A program made the position numbers and the translations under genes. Source: Myxococcales bacterium (GTDB lineage: Bacteria > Myxococcota_A > UBA9042). Taken from it: 64,000 nt of DNA. Position 1 is the stretch's first letter, and the number at the start of each line of letters is the position of its first letter. Below are positions 1 through 9,958 of this stretch, in pieces. Under the pieces are notes generated by a model that saw nothing but the letters and a program-made list of their open reading frames with translations, made no database searches and was not told the origin of the DNA. Location of the stretch: positions 96,001-160,000 of the forward strand of contig JBBISH010000001.1 in the NCBI GenBank assembly GCA_037441385.1, read 5' to 3'.

Positions 1-2
1 TG

Positions 3-1088
3 GTGGCGCTGCGGCGCGGATTGGGCGGCCCGGTGCGCTCGGGGCTGGTCGGCCGAAACGAGGCGGTGCTCTTGCGCGGCGAGATGGGCGTCGGTGGCGA
101 GATGGGCAATCTAGAGGCCAAGGCGCGGGCCGAGTTGGCTGCCGCTGGGCACCTGGGGGCGCGACGGCAGGTGTACCCGCAGACTCTGGCCGTGGCGTCG
201 CGCCTGGTGTTGGATTTGCGCGCAGACCAAACGCCCGAGCGGCCCGTCGATCTGGCCAAACGGCTGTTGGTGGTCCGCGAAATGCCGGGTGTGGTGGGCG
301 TGGCGGCCATGCAAGGTCTTGACGGGATTCCAGAACCGCTGGACAGCGACGTGCCCGCCAATCGCCGCTGGACGGTTTGGGTGACGGTGTCGACGCCCAA
401 TGCCGAAGCGCTGATCACGTCGATCGCCGGGCAGCTTGGCGAAGGTCCGTGGCAGGCCTACTCGATCCCCGGCAACCTGGACACGAGCTTGGCTTGGCTG
501 CTCGATCGTCCCGCGGCGGCGGGCGCGCTGGTGGCCGCTCGGGATCCGGCCCAGTTGGCGCCGGCGGTGGCCGCGCTGGGCGAACAGCTCAAGAAGCATC
601 CAGACTTTGCCAACCTGCGATCGGGTCCGCAGCGACGCGGCGCCGTGGCGACGTTTGCCCGCCTGCGGGTCGACAACCTGCTGGCCGCGCACTTGCCTAG
701 CGACGACGCGGCCTTGGCGCTGAACTTGGTCGACCGACCGCAGCCCATCGGTGTTTTTGGCGGCGCGGACGTGTGGTTGGGCCTGCCCACTGGCGCGATG
801 GCTGCCGAGTACGGGACTCTGCCCCTGGCGTGGCTCCCGCCCGCGAACCGACCGGCGCTGCTGGGCGACATCATCCAACTGCCCAGCGACATGACCGTTT
901 TGGAGCGTCTGCGCGTCGATGGCGATCCGGCGCTGTGGGTGCAGGTCGACAACCACGGGATGCTGCCCGATGTGGCGGTGACCGCGTTTCGCGACGCGTT
1001 TGAACGGGCCAGCATCGCGCCCACAGTGCAGCGCCTGGGCTTAACCGTGGCCGATCCCACCCTTGGCCTTGGGGCTTGCGTCCCATGA
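3..1088 (+). CDS. 5'-truncated protein resembling the periplasmic (porter/docking) portions of a CzcA/AcrB-type RND transporter, no TM helices visible
   Basis: Segments VREMPGVVGV, ARDPAQLAPAVAALGEQLKKHPDFANL and LLGDIIQL...RVDGDPALWVQVD resemble RND periplasmic loop motifs; stop overlaps the next ATG (ATGA 1085-1088). Confidence 0.4.
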   Translation: MALRRGLGGPVRSGLVGRNEAVLLRGEMGVGGEMGNLEAKARAELAAAGHLGARRQVYPQTLAVASRLVLDLRADQTPERPVDLAKRLLVVREMPGVVGVAAMQGLDGIPEPLDSDVPANRRWTVWVTVSTPNAEALITSIAGQLGEGPWQAYSIPGNLDTSLAWLLDRPAAAGALVAARDPAQLAPAVAALGEQLKKHPDFANLRSGPQRRGAVATFARLRVDNLLAAHLPSDDAALALNLVDRPQPIGVFGGADVWLGLPTGAMAAEYGTLPLAWLPPANRPALLGDIIQLPSDMTVLERLRVDGDPALWVQVDNHGMLPDVAVTAFRDAFERASIAPTVQRLGLTVADPTLGLGACVP

Positions 1089-2218
1089 AATCCGCCGCGC
1101 CGGATGCACGCGCCCGCGGGCGTCGCCGGCTGGCGACAGTTCTTGTCGCATGGCAGTTGACCGTCGGTTGTGGCGCGCTGGACGAGTCGGCCCCAGTGGT
1201 CGCCAAACCCAGCCACTGCAAGACCGTGGACGAGCGTCTGGCACCGCTGATGAAGCTGGCCCATCAGGGTAAAACCAGCCACCTGGCGGCACTGGTGGCC
1301 GAACGCCTGGATCCGGCTGGCCAACGCGCCGTAGTGCAACTGGTGCTGGACATTGCCTACGCGCTACCAGGGGACATCAGCAAGGATCTTCCAGATCTGC
1401 TCGCACCCACGGGTTTGGGCGCGCTGGTGCCGTTGCTGGTAGCCATCTTGGCTCCCCTGCCGGGTGATCCGCACGCTACGCCGCCGGTACCGCCCAAGAT
1501 CGAGGCCATGAAGGCGTTTTCGGCCGTGGCTCAAAGCTGCCTGAGCCAAGAGATGTTCGTTTTGGGCAAGCGGCTGTTCGCCGAGCCCGAAGCCGCCGAC
1601 GCGGTGGCGGGTCTGCTGGGCGCGGGCACGGGCGGGATCAAGCAGATCCTGGGTGCGGTGCAGGCCGCGGGCGCCGAGGGGCGCATGGGCATGCAGACGC
1701 TGGTCCGCAACCTGATGACTTCGCTGGCGGCCGATGATTTTGCCCCCGAGCCGCTGCTGGCGCTGCTCGACCGCCTGGTCGATCCTGCCAATCCCGGTGC
1801 GCTGGGTGCCGTGAGCACGTTCTTGCACAGCATGGTGCTGGGTCACTCGGCGCAGGACCGCCAGCAAGCTCTGCAGGCGCTGGGCGGATTTGCCAAGTGT
1901 ATGCTGGCGCTGGACCCCGACATGGCGATTGCCGGCCACGCCTACGATGTGGTGGCCAACTTGGAACTGCCCGAAGCGGCGACCATCACCATCGACACCC
2001 ACCGCTGGCTGCCCATTGTGGCGATTGCGATGGACGTGCTGGCCAGTCACCCCGCCTCGCGCGATGCCTGGAGCCAGCTGCTGGGACTGCTGCTGCGGCC
2101 AGAGACGGGTATCGCCGCCCTGCCCGACTTGGTCGCGCTGATGCAAAGCGAAGCGCTGCCAGGTGTTTTTGGTCTTCTGGCCGATCTGGTGGCCCTACCT
2201 TGCCAGGAGCAGCCGTGA
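1085..2218 (+). CDS. hypothetical alpha-helical lipoprotein
   Basis: Basic N-terminus, hydrophobic stretch and LTVGC lipobox; overlaps both neighbouring genes by 4 bp. Confidence 0.65.
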   Translation: MKSAAPDARARGRRRLATVLVAWQLTVGCGALDESAPVVAKPSHCKTVDERLAPLMKLAHQGKTSHLAALVAERLDPAGQRAVVQLVLDIAYALPGDISKDLPDLLAPTGLGALVPLLVAILAPLPGDPHATPPVPPKIEAMKAFSAVAQSCLSQEMFVLGKRLFAEPEAADAVAGLLGAGTGGIKQILGAVQAAGAEGRMGMQTLVRNLMTSLAADDFAPEPLLALLDRLVDPANPGALGAVSTFLHSMVLGHSAQDRQQALQALGGFAKCMLALDPDMAIAGHAYDVVANLELPEAATITIDTHRWLPIVAIAMDVLASHPASRDAWSQLLGLLLRPETGIAALPDLVALMQSEALPGVFGLLADLVALPCQEQP

Positions 2219-3621
2219 CCACCGCGCGGCTTGCGGCGGCTGCCGCGACCCTGTTCTTGGCAACTCCTTGCCATGCCTCGGTTTTTGAGCTGTTTGGCGC
2301 CGGTCCCCGCTCAATGGCGATGGTGGGCGCGAGCACGGCGTCGGCCGAGGGTGGCGAAGCCGCATTCCACAACCCCGCCATGCTCATGGCATCGCCCTTG
2401 GCCGGCGCGTGGTTCGGCGTGTCGACCACCCGCATGGGCCTGGACATCACATTGCAGCGGCCCGTCTGCACGGGCAGTTACACCAGCTGCAACAGCCAAT
2501 ATCCCGGTGGCTTTTCTAGCCGCAACCCCGTATTGCCAGAGAACTCGAGTGCCTTTGAGCTGGGCTGGAACTACCCGGTTGGCGGCATCTTGCGCAACCG
2601 GTTGGCCTTTGGCGCCGCGCTGGCCCTGCCGGTAGGGCACTTGATCCGCATTGCCGGCCCCGATCCGCAGGCGCCAAACTTCATTCAATACGAGGGCATG
2701 CCCGATCGCCTGGCCTTCCTGGTCTCGATGGCGGGCCGCATCACGGACCGATGGTGGCTGGGCGTGGGCACGCAGGTTCTGGCCGTGCTGAATGCGCAGA
2801 TCGACCTGCAACTCAACGCCACCAATCGCAACTATGACCGCGCGACCATCAACATCGGTCTGCAGCCGCGGGCGCGCTTGACCGCCGGCACCGCGTTCCA
2901 TCCCCGCGACGACCTGTGGTTTGGGCTGGCATGGCGACAGCAATTGTCGCTGCAATACGGCATCCCGGCCGATGTCGCCGTGGGTTCGCCCGCCGAGCTG
3001 GCCATTGGCTTGGGGCATGACACGCTGTACTCGCCGGATGTGGTCAGCTTGGGCGCGGCTTGGCGCAGTAGCCAGGGCGGCGTGCGCATGTCGGCCGATC
3101 TGGCCTGGTCGCGGTGGTCGGCGATGCCAGACCCTTCGCCGTCGGTAACCCTTGACGTCCGCGGCGACGGCGTGCGCGCCTTTGGCCTGAATTCGGCCTT
3201 GGATGTGGGCACGGATACCCCCATCATTGCCCTGCATTTCCGCGACACCTTCAGTCCGGCGCTCGCCACCGAAGTTCGCCTCACCGACGACCTGCTGCTG
3301 CGCGGCGGCTACCGCTACCGGCCCACGCCCGCACCTCGCGCCGAGGGGCCGTTCAAGTACCTGGACAACGACGCTCATATTCTGGGCTTGGGCGTGGGCT
3401 ACCACTTTGGGACCTTGGCCCCACGTCTCCAGCAGCAACTCCGCGACGCGGGTGCCAGCGCCGTGGACACGCCCGGTCCGCTGCACGTCGACGTGGGGAT
3501 CCAGAGCCAGATCCTGCCTCAGCGCACGGTCTACCCCAGCGACGTCCACGACCCGGTCGGTGGCATCGCCCACGGCGGCAGTGTCTGGCACGCGGGGGTC
3601 GCATTCGGCGGCAGCTTCTGA
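2215..3621 (+). CDS. FadL/OmpP1/TodX-family outer membrane transporter
   Basis: Signal peptide followed by FGAGPRSMAMVGA...AAFHNPAML (FadL hatch NPA motif), beta-strand pattern, C-terminal Phe; GTG start overlaps upstream TGA. Confidence 0.8.
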   Translation: MTTARLAAAAATLFLATPCHASVFELFGAGPRSMAMVGASTASAEGGEAAFHNPAMLMASPLAGAWFGVSTTRMGLDITLQRPVCTGSYTSCNSQYPGGFSSRNPVLPENSSAFELGWNYPVGGILRNRLAFGAALALPVGHLIRIAGPDPQAPNFIQYEGMPDRLAFLVSMAGRITDRWWLGVGTQVLAVLNAQIDLQLNATNRNYDRATINIGLQPRARLTAGTAFHPRDDLWFGLAWRQQLSLQYGIPADVAVGSPAELAIGLGHDTLYSPDVVSLGAAWRSSQGGVRMSADLAWSRWSAMPDPSPSVTLDVRGDGVRAFGLNSALDVGTDTPIIALHFRDTFSPALATEVRLTDDLLLRGGYRYRPTPAPRAEGPFKYLDNDAHILGLGVGYHFGTLAPRLQQQLRDAGASAVDTPGPLHVDVGIQSQILPQRTVYPSDVHDPVGGIAHGGSVWHAGVAFGGSF

Positions 3622-3724
3622 CACAATCGCCTGCGGGACCGCGGGGCAGCGCAGGATCACGTCGACATGGCGCAGGCTTCCCCAGTTACCAGCGCGACTT
3701 GCGCCAGCACCGGTGTGGCCATCC

Positions 3725-4492
3725 ATGCAACAGATACTCCGCAATCGCATCCGCATAGGCCTACTCGCGACGGCCGCGACCTTGGCGCTTGCCGGCTGCG
3801 GCAGCTCGACCAGCACGCCGAGCGCCGCCAGCGACAGCCAAGGCAGCCTGGACACCGCCAGCAGCGACACCAAGGCCGATACCAACACCACCAAGACGGA
3901 CACCACCGTCAAAGCCGACACCACCAAAGCCCCCTGCAAGCCTTGGGAAACGCCCACCGAATGGAACTGCCCAGCCGACACGCACTGCGCGTACGACGAG
4001 AATGACGTGATCGCCTGCATGCCCAACGGCAGCCACGGCGTGGGCGAAGACTGCGCCGACGGTGGCGGCTGCAAGATCGGGCTGTGCGTGCAAGCCAGCA
4101 ACGGCGCATCGGCCTGCGCCCCGTTCTGCACGACTGAGAGCCAGTGCGACTCGAACACCTGCAACAAGATCCAGGGCAAGAAGTACAGCACCTGCGACGT
4201 GGCCAAGTACACCTCGTGCGCGCCCCTGACGCCCAAGTGCCCCACGGGCCAGTCGTGCTACCTGCTGGGCAACCTGGGCTTTGTCTGCTCGAACGCCGGC
4301 ACGCTGCAAAGCGGCGAGGCTTGCGTCAGCAATTCGGAGTGTGCGCCCGGCCTTACGTGCGCGGGCGCCGCGGGCAGCACCAACGGCCTATGCCGCAAGC
4401 TGTGCAGCACCACCTCTCAGCCCAACGGCTGCGACGATCCGTCGACCAACTGCTCCAAGCTCGGCTCGGGCGCAGGGTACTGTGAGCAATAG
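3725..4492 (+). CDS. Cys-rich lipoprotein
   Basis: LALAGC lipobox, Ser/Thr/Asp linker, then a domain dense in Cys (C-x5-C-xx-G-x-x-C patterns). Confidence 0.75.
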   Translation: MQQILRNRIRIGLLATAATLALAGCGSSTSTPSAASDSQGSLDTASSDTKADTNTTKTDTTVKADTTKAPCKPWETPTEWNCPADTHCAYDENDVIACMPNGSHGVGEDCADGGGCKIGLCVQASNGASACAPFCTTESQCDSNTCNKIQGKKYSTCDVAKYTSCAPLTPKCPTGQSCYLLGNLGFVCSNAGTLQSGEACVSNSECAPGLTCAGAAGSTNGLCRKLCSTTSQPNGCDDPSTNCSKLGSGAGYCEQ

Positions 4493-4525
4493 CCGCCCCG
4501 TCCGCTTGACTCAGGTAGGGTTCGC

Positions 4526-6037
4526 ATGAGCACTCCTCCCAGCCTGCTCGACATTTTGGACACCACGGTCACGCTCGAGTGGGCCGAGACGCGCAGTATG
4601 GGCACGCTGCTGCAGCTTGGCGGGCGCAGCTTGGTGGTCACGGCCCTGCGCGCACCCGAAGTCGGCACCACGGTGTTCCTGCGCATCGAAGACGACAAGT
4701 CCGGCGAGGCCATGGCAGTCGACGGAACCTGCACCGGCGTGACCCAGAGCGACTGGGGCGAGCAGGAAGTCGCCCTCGACGTCAAACGGGTCGGGACAGT
4801 GGCCTCGGCGGCGGCGCTGCGCAGTTTCTTGGAGCGGCACGGCCTGGAACCCGGCGGCGCGGTGTCGGTCGGCCGCAATCGCGACAATCCCGACCTGAAG
4901 CGCTACGTCTACACCCTTCCCGAGCCCAAGCCCGGTAGCACCGCGACCTCGCCGATTCTCCCGGCGAATGTCACCGCCCGGAACCCTGCACCGGTCGTCC
5001 ACGAGTCCACCAAAACCCTTGGATCGCGCACGGATTTGGCCGCCCAGATTGAAGCCGCTCGGTCTGCCGCGGCGGCTCCACAAGAAGCTGTGGGGCTGGC
5101 CAGGCCCACCGCCCCTTCGCCGCCGCCGGCCGTCGCCATTTCTGTACCGATGCTGGACTCCAGCGCAGATCAAGAGTTGGCTGACCTGCTCTCGGCCCTG
5201 TCCAACGAACGCCCGACCCCGGCGATCGATACCTTGGCCATCGTCACTCCCACCAGCACTGCCGCCAGCCCTGCCGCACCGGCGCAGGCCAAGCCGGCCG
5301 CACCGACCAGGACCGCAGGGCCAAGTGCCGACGAAAACGCTACGGTCGAGCTGTCGCTCGCCAGTCTGGCGCTGGCGGCGCCCAGTCATTCGCCGGTGCC
5401 GACCGCCGCGCAACCGCTGCCGCGTCCGCCAAGCCCCCCGCAGGGAATCTCGGCCCCGGGCAGCCTGCTCGGCGCGGCGCTCAAGCCGGCCCCGGCCAAG
5501 CCAGCGGTCGATCTCGACCACGACTTCTCGGAGAAGATCCTGGTCCAGACCGTCGATCAGGCCACTACGATTGCGGCGCCCGTGGTCACAGTTCCAGGCC
5601 GCGACCGGCCGGCGCCGTCCAGCCCCGCGCTGAACAATCGCCCCACCGAGCAGTCGCCGATGGCGGGCCTGAGCCACACCGAACCGCTCGGCGCGGCACC
5701 ATTGTTCGCCACCGACTCGGCGCAGCGGGTAGAAATTGCGGTCCAGTTCGAACTGGGGCCCAAGAAGAAGAAGATCCCGGGCACATTGATCCGTTTGGGC
5801 GAAAGCAAGTTGCGGGTATGCAGCGACAGCCTGCCCCAATTGTACGAGCGCCTGGCCGTGCTGGTGCCGCTCAAGAACAATCCCAAGAACCTGCTGACGT
5901 TGCGCTGCGAAGTCACCCGCGTGCGCACCGGCGAAGACGGCAGCGTGCCCTGCTTTGACGCCCGCCTGACCGCGGCCGGCAACACTCCGGCGATTCTGGC
6001 CAAAGTGCGCGAATTGCTGAACGAGCCCCCAGGATAG
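4526..6037 (+). CDS. protein with two possible PilZ-like beta domains joined by a Pro/Ala-rich linker
   Basis: GTLLQLGGRSL and QRVEIAVQFE...GTLIRLGESKL...LRCEVTRV resemble PilZ-fold strands; canonical RxxxR motif not evident. Confidence 0.5.
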   Translation: MSTPPSLLDILDTTVTLEWAETRSMGTLLQLGGRSLVVTALRAPEVGTTVFLRIEDDKSGEAMAVDGTCTGVTQSDWGEQEVALDVKRVGTVASAAALRSFLERHGLEPGGAVSVGRNRDNPDLKRYVYTLPEPKPGSTATSPILPANVTARNPAPVVHESTKTLGSRTDLAAQIEAARSAAAAPQEAVGLARPTAPSPPPAVAISVPMLDSSADQELADLLSALSNERPTPAIDTLAIVTPTSTAASPAAPAQAKPAAPTRTAGPSADENATVELSLASLALAAPSHSPVPTAAQPLPRPPSPPQGISAPGSLLGAALKPAPAKPAVDLDHDFSEKILVQTVDQATTIAAPVVTVPGRDRPAPSSPALNNRPTEQSPMAGLSHTEPLGAAPLFATDSAQRVEIAVQFELGPKKKKIPGTLIRLGESKLRVCSDSLPQLYERLAVLVPLKNNPKNLLTLRCEVTRVRTGEDGSVPCFDARLTAAGNTPAILAKVRELLNEPPG

Positions 6038-6082
6038 GTTGCAGTCGAACCCAGGCCCACGCGGCCCCCGGCGGAGCGAACC

Positions 6083-6781
6083 ATGCCGCACGTACTGATC
6101 GTCGAAGACGAACCGGACTTGCGCGCGTTGGTGGCCCACCACGTGGAAATGGCCGGGCACTCGTGCAGCGAGGCGGGAACTTGCGCCGAGGCCTTGGCAG
6201 CGGCCGGCCAGCAACGGCCCGACATCGTCATCCTGGACCTGATGCTGCCCGACGGTTCGGGCGTGGACGTGTGCCGCAGCCTGCGCGCGCAGCCCAAGCT
6301 GGCCACGGTGCCGATCCTCATGCTGACCGCGCTGGCGGCCGAACCCGAGCGCGTGACGGGCTTCGAGGCCGGTGCCGACGACTACGTGACCAAGCCGTTC
6401 TCGGTCCGCGAGCTGATGTTGCGGATCTCGGCCATCCTGCGGCGTGCGCCCGCGGAGCCGCCGCCGCCGAGCAACGTGGTCGAGGCCGCCGGAATTCGCC
6501 TGGACGCCGAGCGCCACGAGGTCCACGTCCAGGGTGAGTTGCTGCACCTGACCGCGCTGGAATTCCGCCTGTTGGCCGCGCTTTTGGCCAACGCGGGCAA
6601 GGTGCTGACGCGCCAGTCGCTGCTGGAAGATGTGTGGGAGATGAGCCCTGATCTGCGGACGCGGACAGTCGATACGCACGTCAAGCGCCTGCGCGAGCGC
6701 CTGGGCCCCGCTGGCGAGGCCATCGCCACCGTGCGCGGCGTGGGCTACAGCTTGCGCACGGGCAGCGAGGGCCCACAGTGA
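6083..6781 (+). CDS. phoB: OmpR/PhoB-family response regulator (PhoB-like)
   Basis: VLIVEDE, ILDLMLP, GADDYVTKPFS, and winged helix RTVDTHVKRLRERLG...TVRGVGY. Confidence 0.75.
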   Translation: MPHVLIVEDEPDLRALVAHHVEMAGHSCSEAGTCAEALAAAGQQRPDIVILDLMLPDGSGVDVCRSLRAQPKLATVPILMLTALAAEPERVTGFEAGADDYVTKPFSVRELMLRISAILRRAPAEPPPPSNVVEAAGIRLDAERHEVHVQGELLHLTALEFRLLAALLANAGKVLTRQSLLEDVWEMSPDLRTRTVDTHVKRLRERLGPAGEAIATVRGVGYSLRTGSEGPQ

Positions 6782-7854
6782 GTCCCGACGGCAGCCGCGG
6801 ACCGCCGCCCAACCCGCGCGCCAACCTGTTCTCGACCATGATCGACGCCATGGGCGACGGCATGATGGTTGTGGACGACAAGCTCCGGGTGGTCGTCACC
6901 AACCGCAGCCTGCGCGATACGCTGGTTTGGGCCAGTACCAGCCAAGGGCAGCCGCTGGTCAGCTTGGTCGACGCGCCGCAGTGGGTGGATGCCTGCGCCA
7001 CGGTCTTGGCCGGCGGCGAGCCGCGCACGCTCGAGGTCGTTCACCGCGGCCTCCGCGAACGGCTGCTGGAGGTGCGGGTGGTGCCGCTGCCCGACCACGA
7101 GTACTGGGGGCACCGCGTCCTCTGCGTGGTGCGCGACGTCACCGAGACGCGCGCCGTCGAGCGAATGCTCATGGACTTTATCGCCAACGCCAGCCACGAG
7201 TTGCGCACGCCCACCGCCGCCATCCTGGGCTGGGCCGAGACGCTGGTCGACGCGCCGCCAACCAACCCCGAAAAGCTGGCGCAAATCCACGCGACACTGT
7301 ACCGCCACGCGAGCCGCCTCAAGATTCTGCTGGGCCAGTTGCTCGATCTGTCGCGCTTGGACCAGCACCAGTGGCACCTGCAGAGCAGCGCCATCGACGT
7401 GGCCGCCTTGCTGCACGGGTTGTTAGAGCACTACCGCGACGAGGCCAACGGCGCAGGCCTGACGCTGCAAACCGAGCTAGAGGCCCACCTGCCGCCCGCG
7501 CTGGCCGACCGCGGCGCCCTGGAGATCGCGCTGGGCAATCTGGTGCAAAATGCCATCAAGTACTCGACCTGCGGCGGCAGCGTGACCGTGCGCGCCCGGC
7601 GGAGCCGCGAGCCGAACACCCGCACGCTGCGCATCGAAGTGGTCGACTGCGGAATCGGCATCCCGCCCGACGATCAGCAGCGGGTTTTCGAGCGTTTCTA
7701 TCGCGTGGACAAGGGGCGCTCGCGGCAAGTTGGCGGCGCGGGCCTGGGTCTGTCCATCGTGCAATCGCTGGTGCAACAGCTGGGCGGCCGCCTGGAGCTA
7801 CACAGCGAGATCGGTCAAGGGTCGACCTTCGCCGTGATCCTGCCCATTGGATAG
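6778..7854 (+). CDS. phoR: PAS-HisKA-HATPase sensor kinase (PhoR-like), no TM segment
   Basis: DFIANASHELRTP H-box, NLVQNAIKYS N-box, FERFYRVDKGRSRQVGGAGLGLSIV; overlaps the regulator gene (GTGA). Confidence 0.7.
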   Translation: MSPDGSRGPPPNPRANLFSTMIDAMGDGMMVVDDKLRVVVTNRSLRDTLVWASTSQGQPLVSLVDAPQWVDACATVLAGGEPRTLEVVHRGLRERLLEVRVVPLPDHEYWGHRVLCVVRDVTETRAVERMLMDFIANASHELRTPTAAILGWAETLVDAPPTNPEKLAQIHATLYRHASRLKILLGQLLDLSRLDQHQWHLQSSAIDVAALLHGLLEHYRDEANGAGLTLQTELEAHLPPALADRGALEIALGNLVQNAIKYSTCGGSVTVRARRSREPNTRTLRIEVVDCGIGIPPDDQQRVFERFYRVDKGRSRQVGGAGLGLSIVQSLVQQLGGRLELHSEIGQGSTFAVILPIG

Positions 7855-7860
7855 GGTCGC

Positions 7861-8418
7861 TCAGCCCGCCGTGGCGAAGCGGCTGGTGACGAACTCGGCC
7901 GTCACGCGCACACCGTTGATCACAAAGGCAATGTGGATGTCGCGCAGATCGTAGGTCGTCTGCAATTCGGTCAGGATGGCGTCGCCCTGCTCATCGGTGA
8001 TGGACTCGATGGCCTCCACGTCCTCGTTGATCTTCTTGACCTCTTTTTGCAGGTCGTTGTACAGGCGCCACTCCGCCTCGTCCCAGTTGAAGATCACCAA
8101 CTGGGCCAACAGGCCGTTGCGCTTGCCAAAGATCTCGGCGCGGAACACCTTTTCCAGGTGACCGGCGTCGATCTTTTGCGGACGGTAGCCCTTGAAATGA
8201 CGGAAGAAGACGCCGCGGTCCAGCTTCTCGAGCTCGGCCAAGAAGGTCCGCAGCGGCAAGCGGCGGCAAATGCGCGCAAGTTGCTTGCCCGACAGGCTCT
8301 CTAGCGCGGCAATGGCGTCGCGGTCATCGTCGCGGGCCGCGTCCGTGGCTGCGGTGCCCTGCGCGGGAGTGTCGGTTTCGGCCTGCGCCGGCGCTACTTG
8401 CTCGAGTTCCTGGGTCAT
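7861..8418 (-). CDS. hypothetical protein
   Basis: Protein-like composition and GC3-biased codons; no motif recognised; ATG chosen at MTQELEQ. Confidence 0.6.
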   Translation of the reverse strand: MTQELEQVAPAQAETDTPAQGTAATDAARDDDRDAIAALESLSGKQLARICRRLPLRTFLAELEKLDRGVFFRHFKGYRPQKIDAGHLEKVFRAEIFGKRNGLLAQLVIFNWDEAEWRLYNDLQKEVKKINEDVEAIESITDEQGDAILTELQTTYDLRDIHIAFVINGVRVTAEFVTSRFATAG

Positions 8419-8521
8419 CCTAACACCTGTTGCCTTCAGCACGTTGTATTCATCGGGATTTAGCCGCCAAACCGTGCGGTGGCGGCGGGGCGGCGGAGTG
8501 TACGACCACGGCTGGCCGACT

Positions 8522-9298
8522 TCAAGAGTTGCCGGGCAATTTCGGCCGCCGCGACAGCGCGATCCAGACCGCAACCAGCGTCACCGCCAACAGATACCAC
8601 GTCGAGGCATACTCGATGTGCTTGGTCGGCAACGGGTGGATCGGATACTCATAGCCATCGAGCGGCCAGGCCTCTGGATTGACCGGCTGGCCCACCGCCT
8701 GCTCGCCCGCGTCCAGCAGCAGGTCGGGATCCAGATCCGCGACCGTAGCCGAAATCGCCTTGGGATCCGCAATCATCCAAGTCGCCAACCCTTCGTGACT
8801 GCCCAGCGGCTGCTGGCCCGGCGGCGCGTCGCCCACCACCCGAAGCCGGCCGCGAAACAGGTCGGGCGGCTCAGTCGCCAGCTTCTTGCGGAACTCGGGC
8901 AACTTGTCGACAGGAACCCAGCCCAAATTCACCAAGAGCTTGGCGTGCGGCCCCGACGCGACCTGGATCGGCGCAAGCACACCCCAGCCACGCTGACCAA
9001 ACTTGTAGCGCGCGGTCAGCAGGTTGAGGTGCTCCAGGTCCAGCTTGCCGCGCAGAGCCGCCCGGCGAAAATGCAGCTGTTCCAGCCGGTTGGAGCTTCC
9101 CTGCCCTTCACTCAGGCTGGTCACCGGCGGCCGCTCGTCGTGCTGGCGCCGGTACTGCTCGACCCGACCGCTGGTTTCGCCAAAACGGCGCACCTGCCAC
9201 GTGCCCAGGCTGAGCAAAATCCCCAGCATGATCACGGCAATGAGGGTCGGCACCAGCTTGGGCGCAAATACCTTTGGATTGTCTTGCTGTTGCGTCAT
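8522..9298 (-). CDS. SURF1-family cytochrome oxidase biogenesis protein
   Basis: LGTWQVRR, LLVNLGWVP and HIEYASTWY motifs with two TM helices. Confidence 0.9.
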   Translation of the reverse strand: MTQQQDNPKVFAPKLVPTLIAVIMLGILLSLGTWQVRRFGETSGRVEQYRRQHDERPPVTSLSEGQGSSNRLEQLHFRRAALRGKLDLEHLNLLTARYKFGQRGWGVLAPIQVASGPHAKLLVNLGWVPVDKLPEFRKKLATEPPDLFRGRLRVVGDAPPGQQPLGSHEGLATWMIADPKAISATVADLDPDLLLDAGEQAVGQPVNPEAWPLDGYEYPIHPLPTKHIEYASTWYLLAVTLVAVWIALSRRPKLPGNS

Positions 9299-9325
9299 GT
9301 TGGCGCCCCGTCCTGGCGGTGTGCT

Positions 9326-9958
9326 CTAGGGCTGCTCGGCCAGACCCCGGGCAGCGGCTTCCAGCGCCTGCATGCCGGCCGCGTCCCGATCGAAAAGCCC
9401 ACGCAGGTGCCCCTGCCGGTCCACCAGCACAAAGCGCAGGCTGTGGGCCGTGTCCAGCGGAGTGGGCGCCAGGATCGCCGTGTGCTCCGAAGGCAGCCCG
9501 GTCACGCGATCCGCGCGGATGATCGGCTGCATGAAGCCCTGCACCACCAGCCGCTCCATGGTCTCGTACTCACCGGTCAGCAGCGACCAAACCCGCGTGT
9601 CGGCGCCATATTTCTGGCCGTAGGCGCGCAGCACCTCGGGCGTGTCGGTCATCGGGTCCACCGAGATGCTGATGATTCGTACCGGTGGCTTGCCCGTGGC
9701 CGGCATCCAGGCCTTCAGGCGATTCTGCAGCTCGGCTGTGGCTTTGGCGAGCGGCGGACACTGGGTGGGGCAAGACGTAAACAAGAAGTTGGCGATCCAG
9801 ACCGTGCCGCGCAGGCTGGTGTCGTCCACGGGCCGGCCGTCTTGATCGGTCATCGCAAAGGCCGGCAGCACGCCCAGGTCTTGCAGGGGCGGCGCGTCGC
9901 GACGGCAAGCCAGCAGCACCACCGTCGTCGCGGCCACGAGCCACGCGCGGCCGGTCAT
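9326..9958 (-). CDS. SCO/SenC copper chaperone lipoprotein
   Basis: FTSCPTQCP (CxxxC), ISVDPMTDTPEVL, HSLRFVLVD; LLAC lipobox. Confidence 0.92.
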   Translation of the reverse strand: MTGRAWLVAATTVVLLACRRDAPPLQDLGVLPAFAMTDQDGRPVDDTSLRGTVWIANFLFTSCPTQCPPLAKATAELQNRLKAWMPATGKPPVRIISISVDPMTDTPEVLRAYGQKYGADTRVWSLLTGEYETMERLVVQGFMQPIIRADRVTGLPSEHTAILAPTPLDTAHSLRFVLVDRQGHLRGLFDRDAAGMQALEAAARGLAEQP

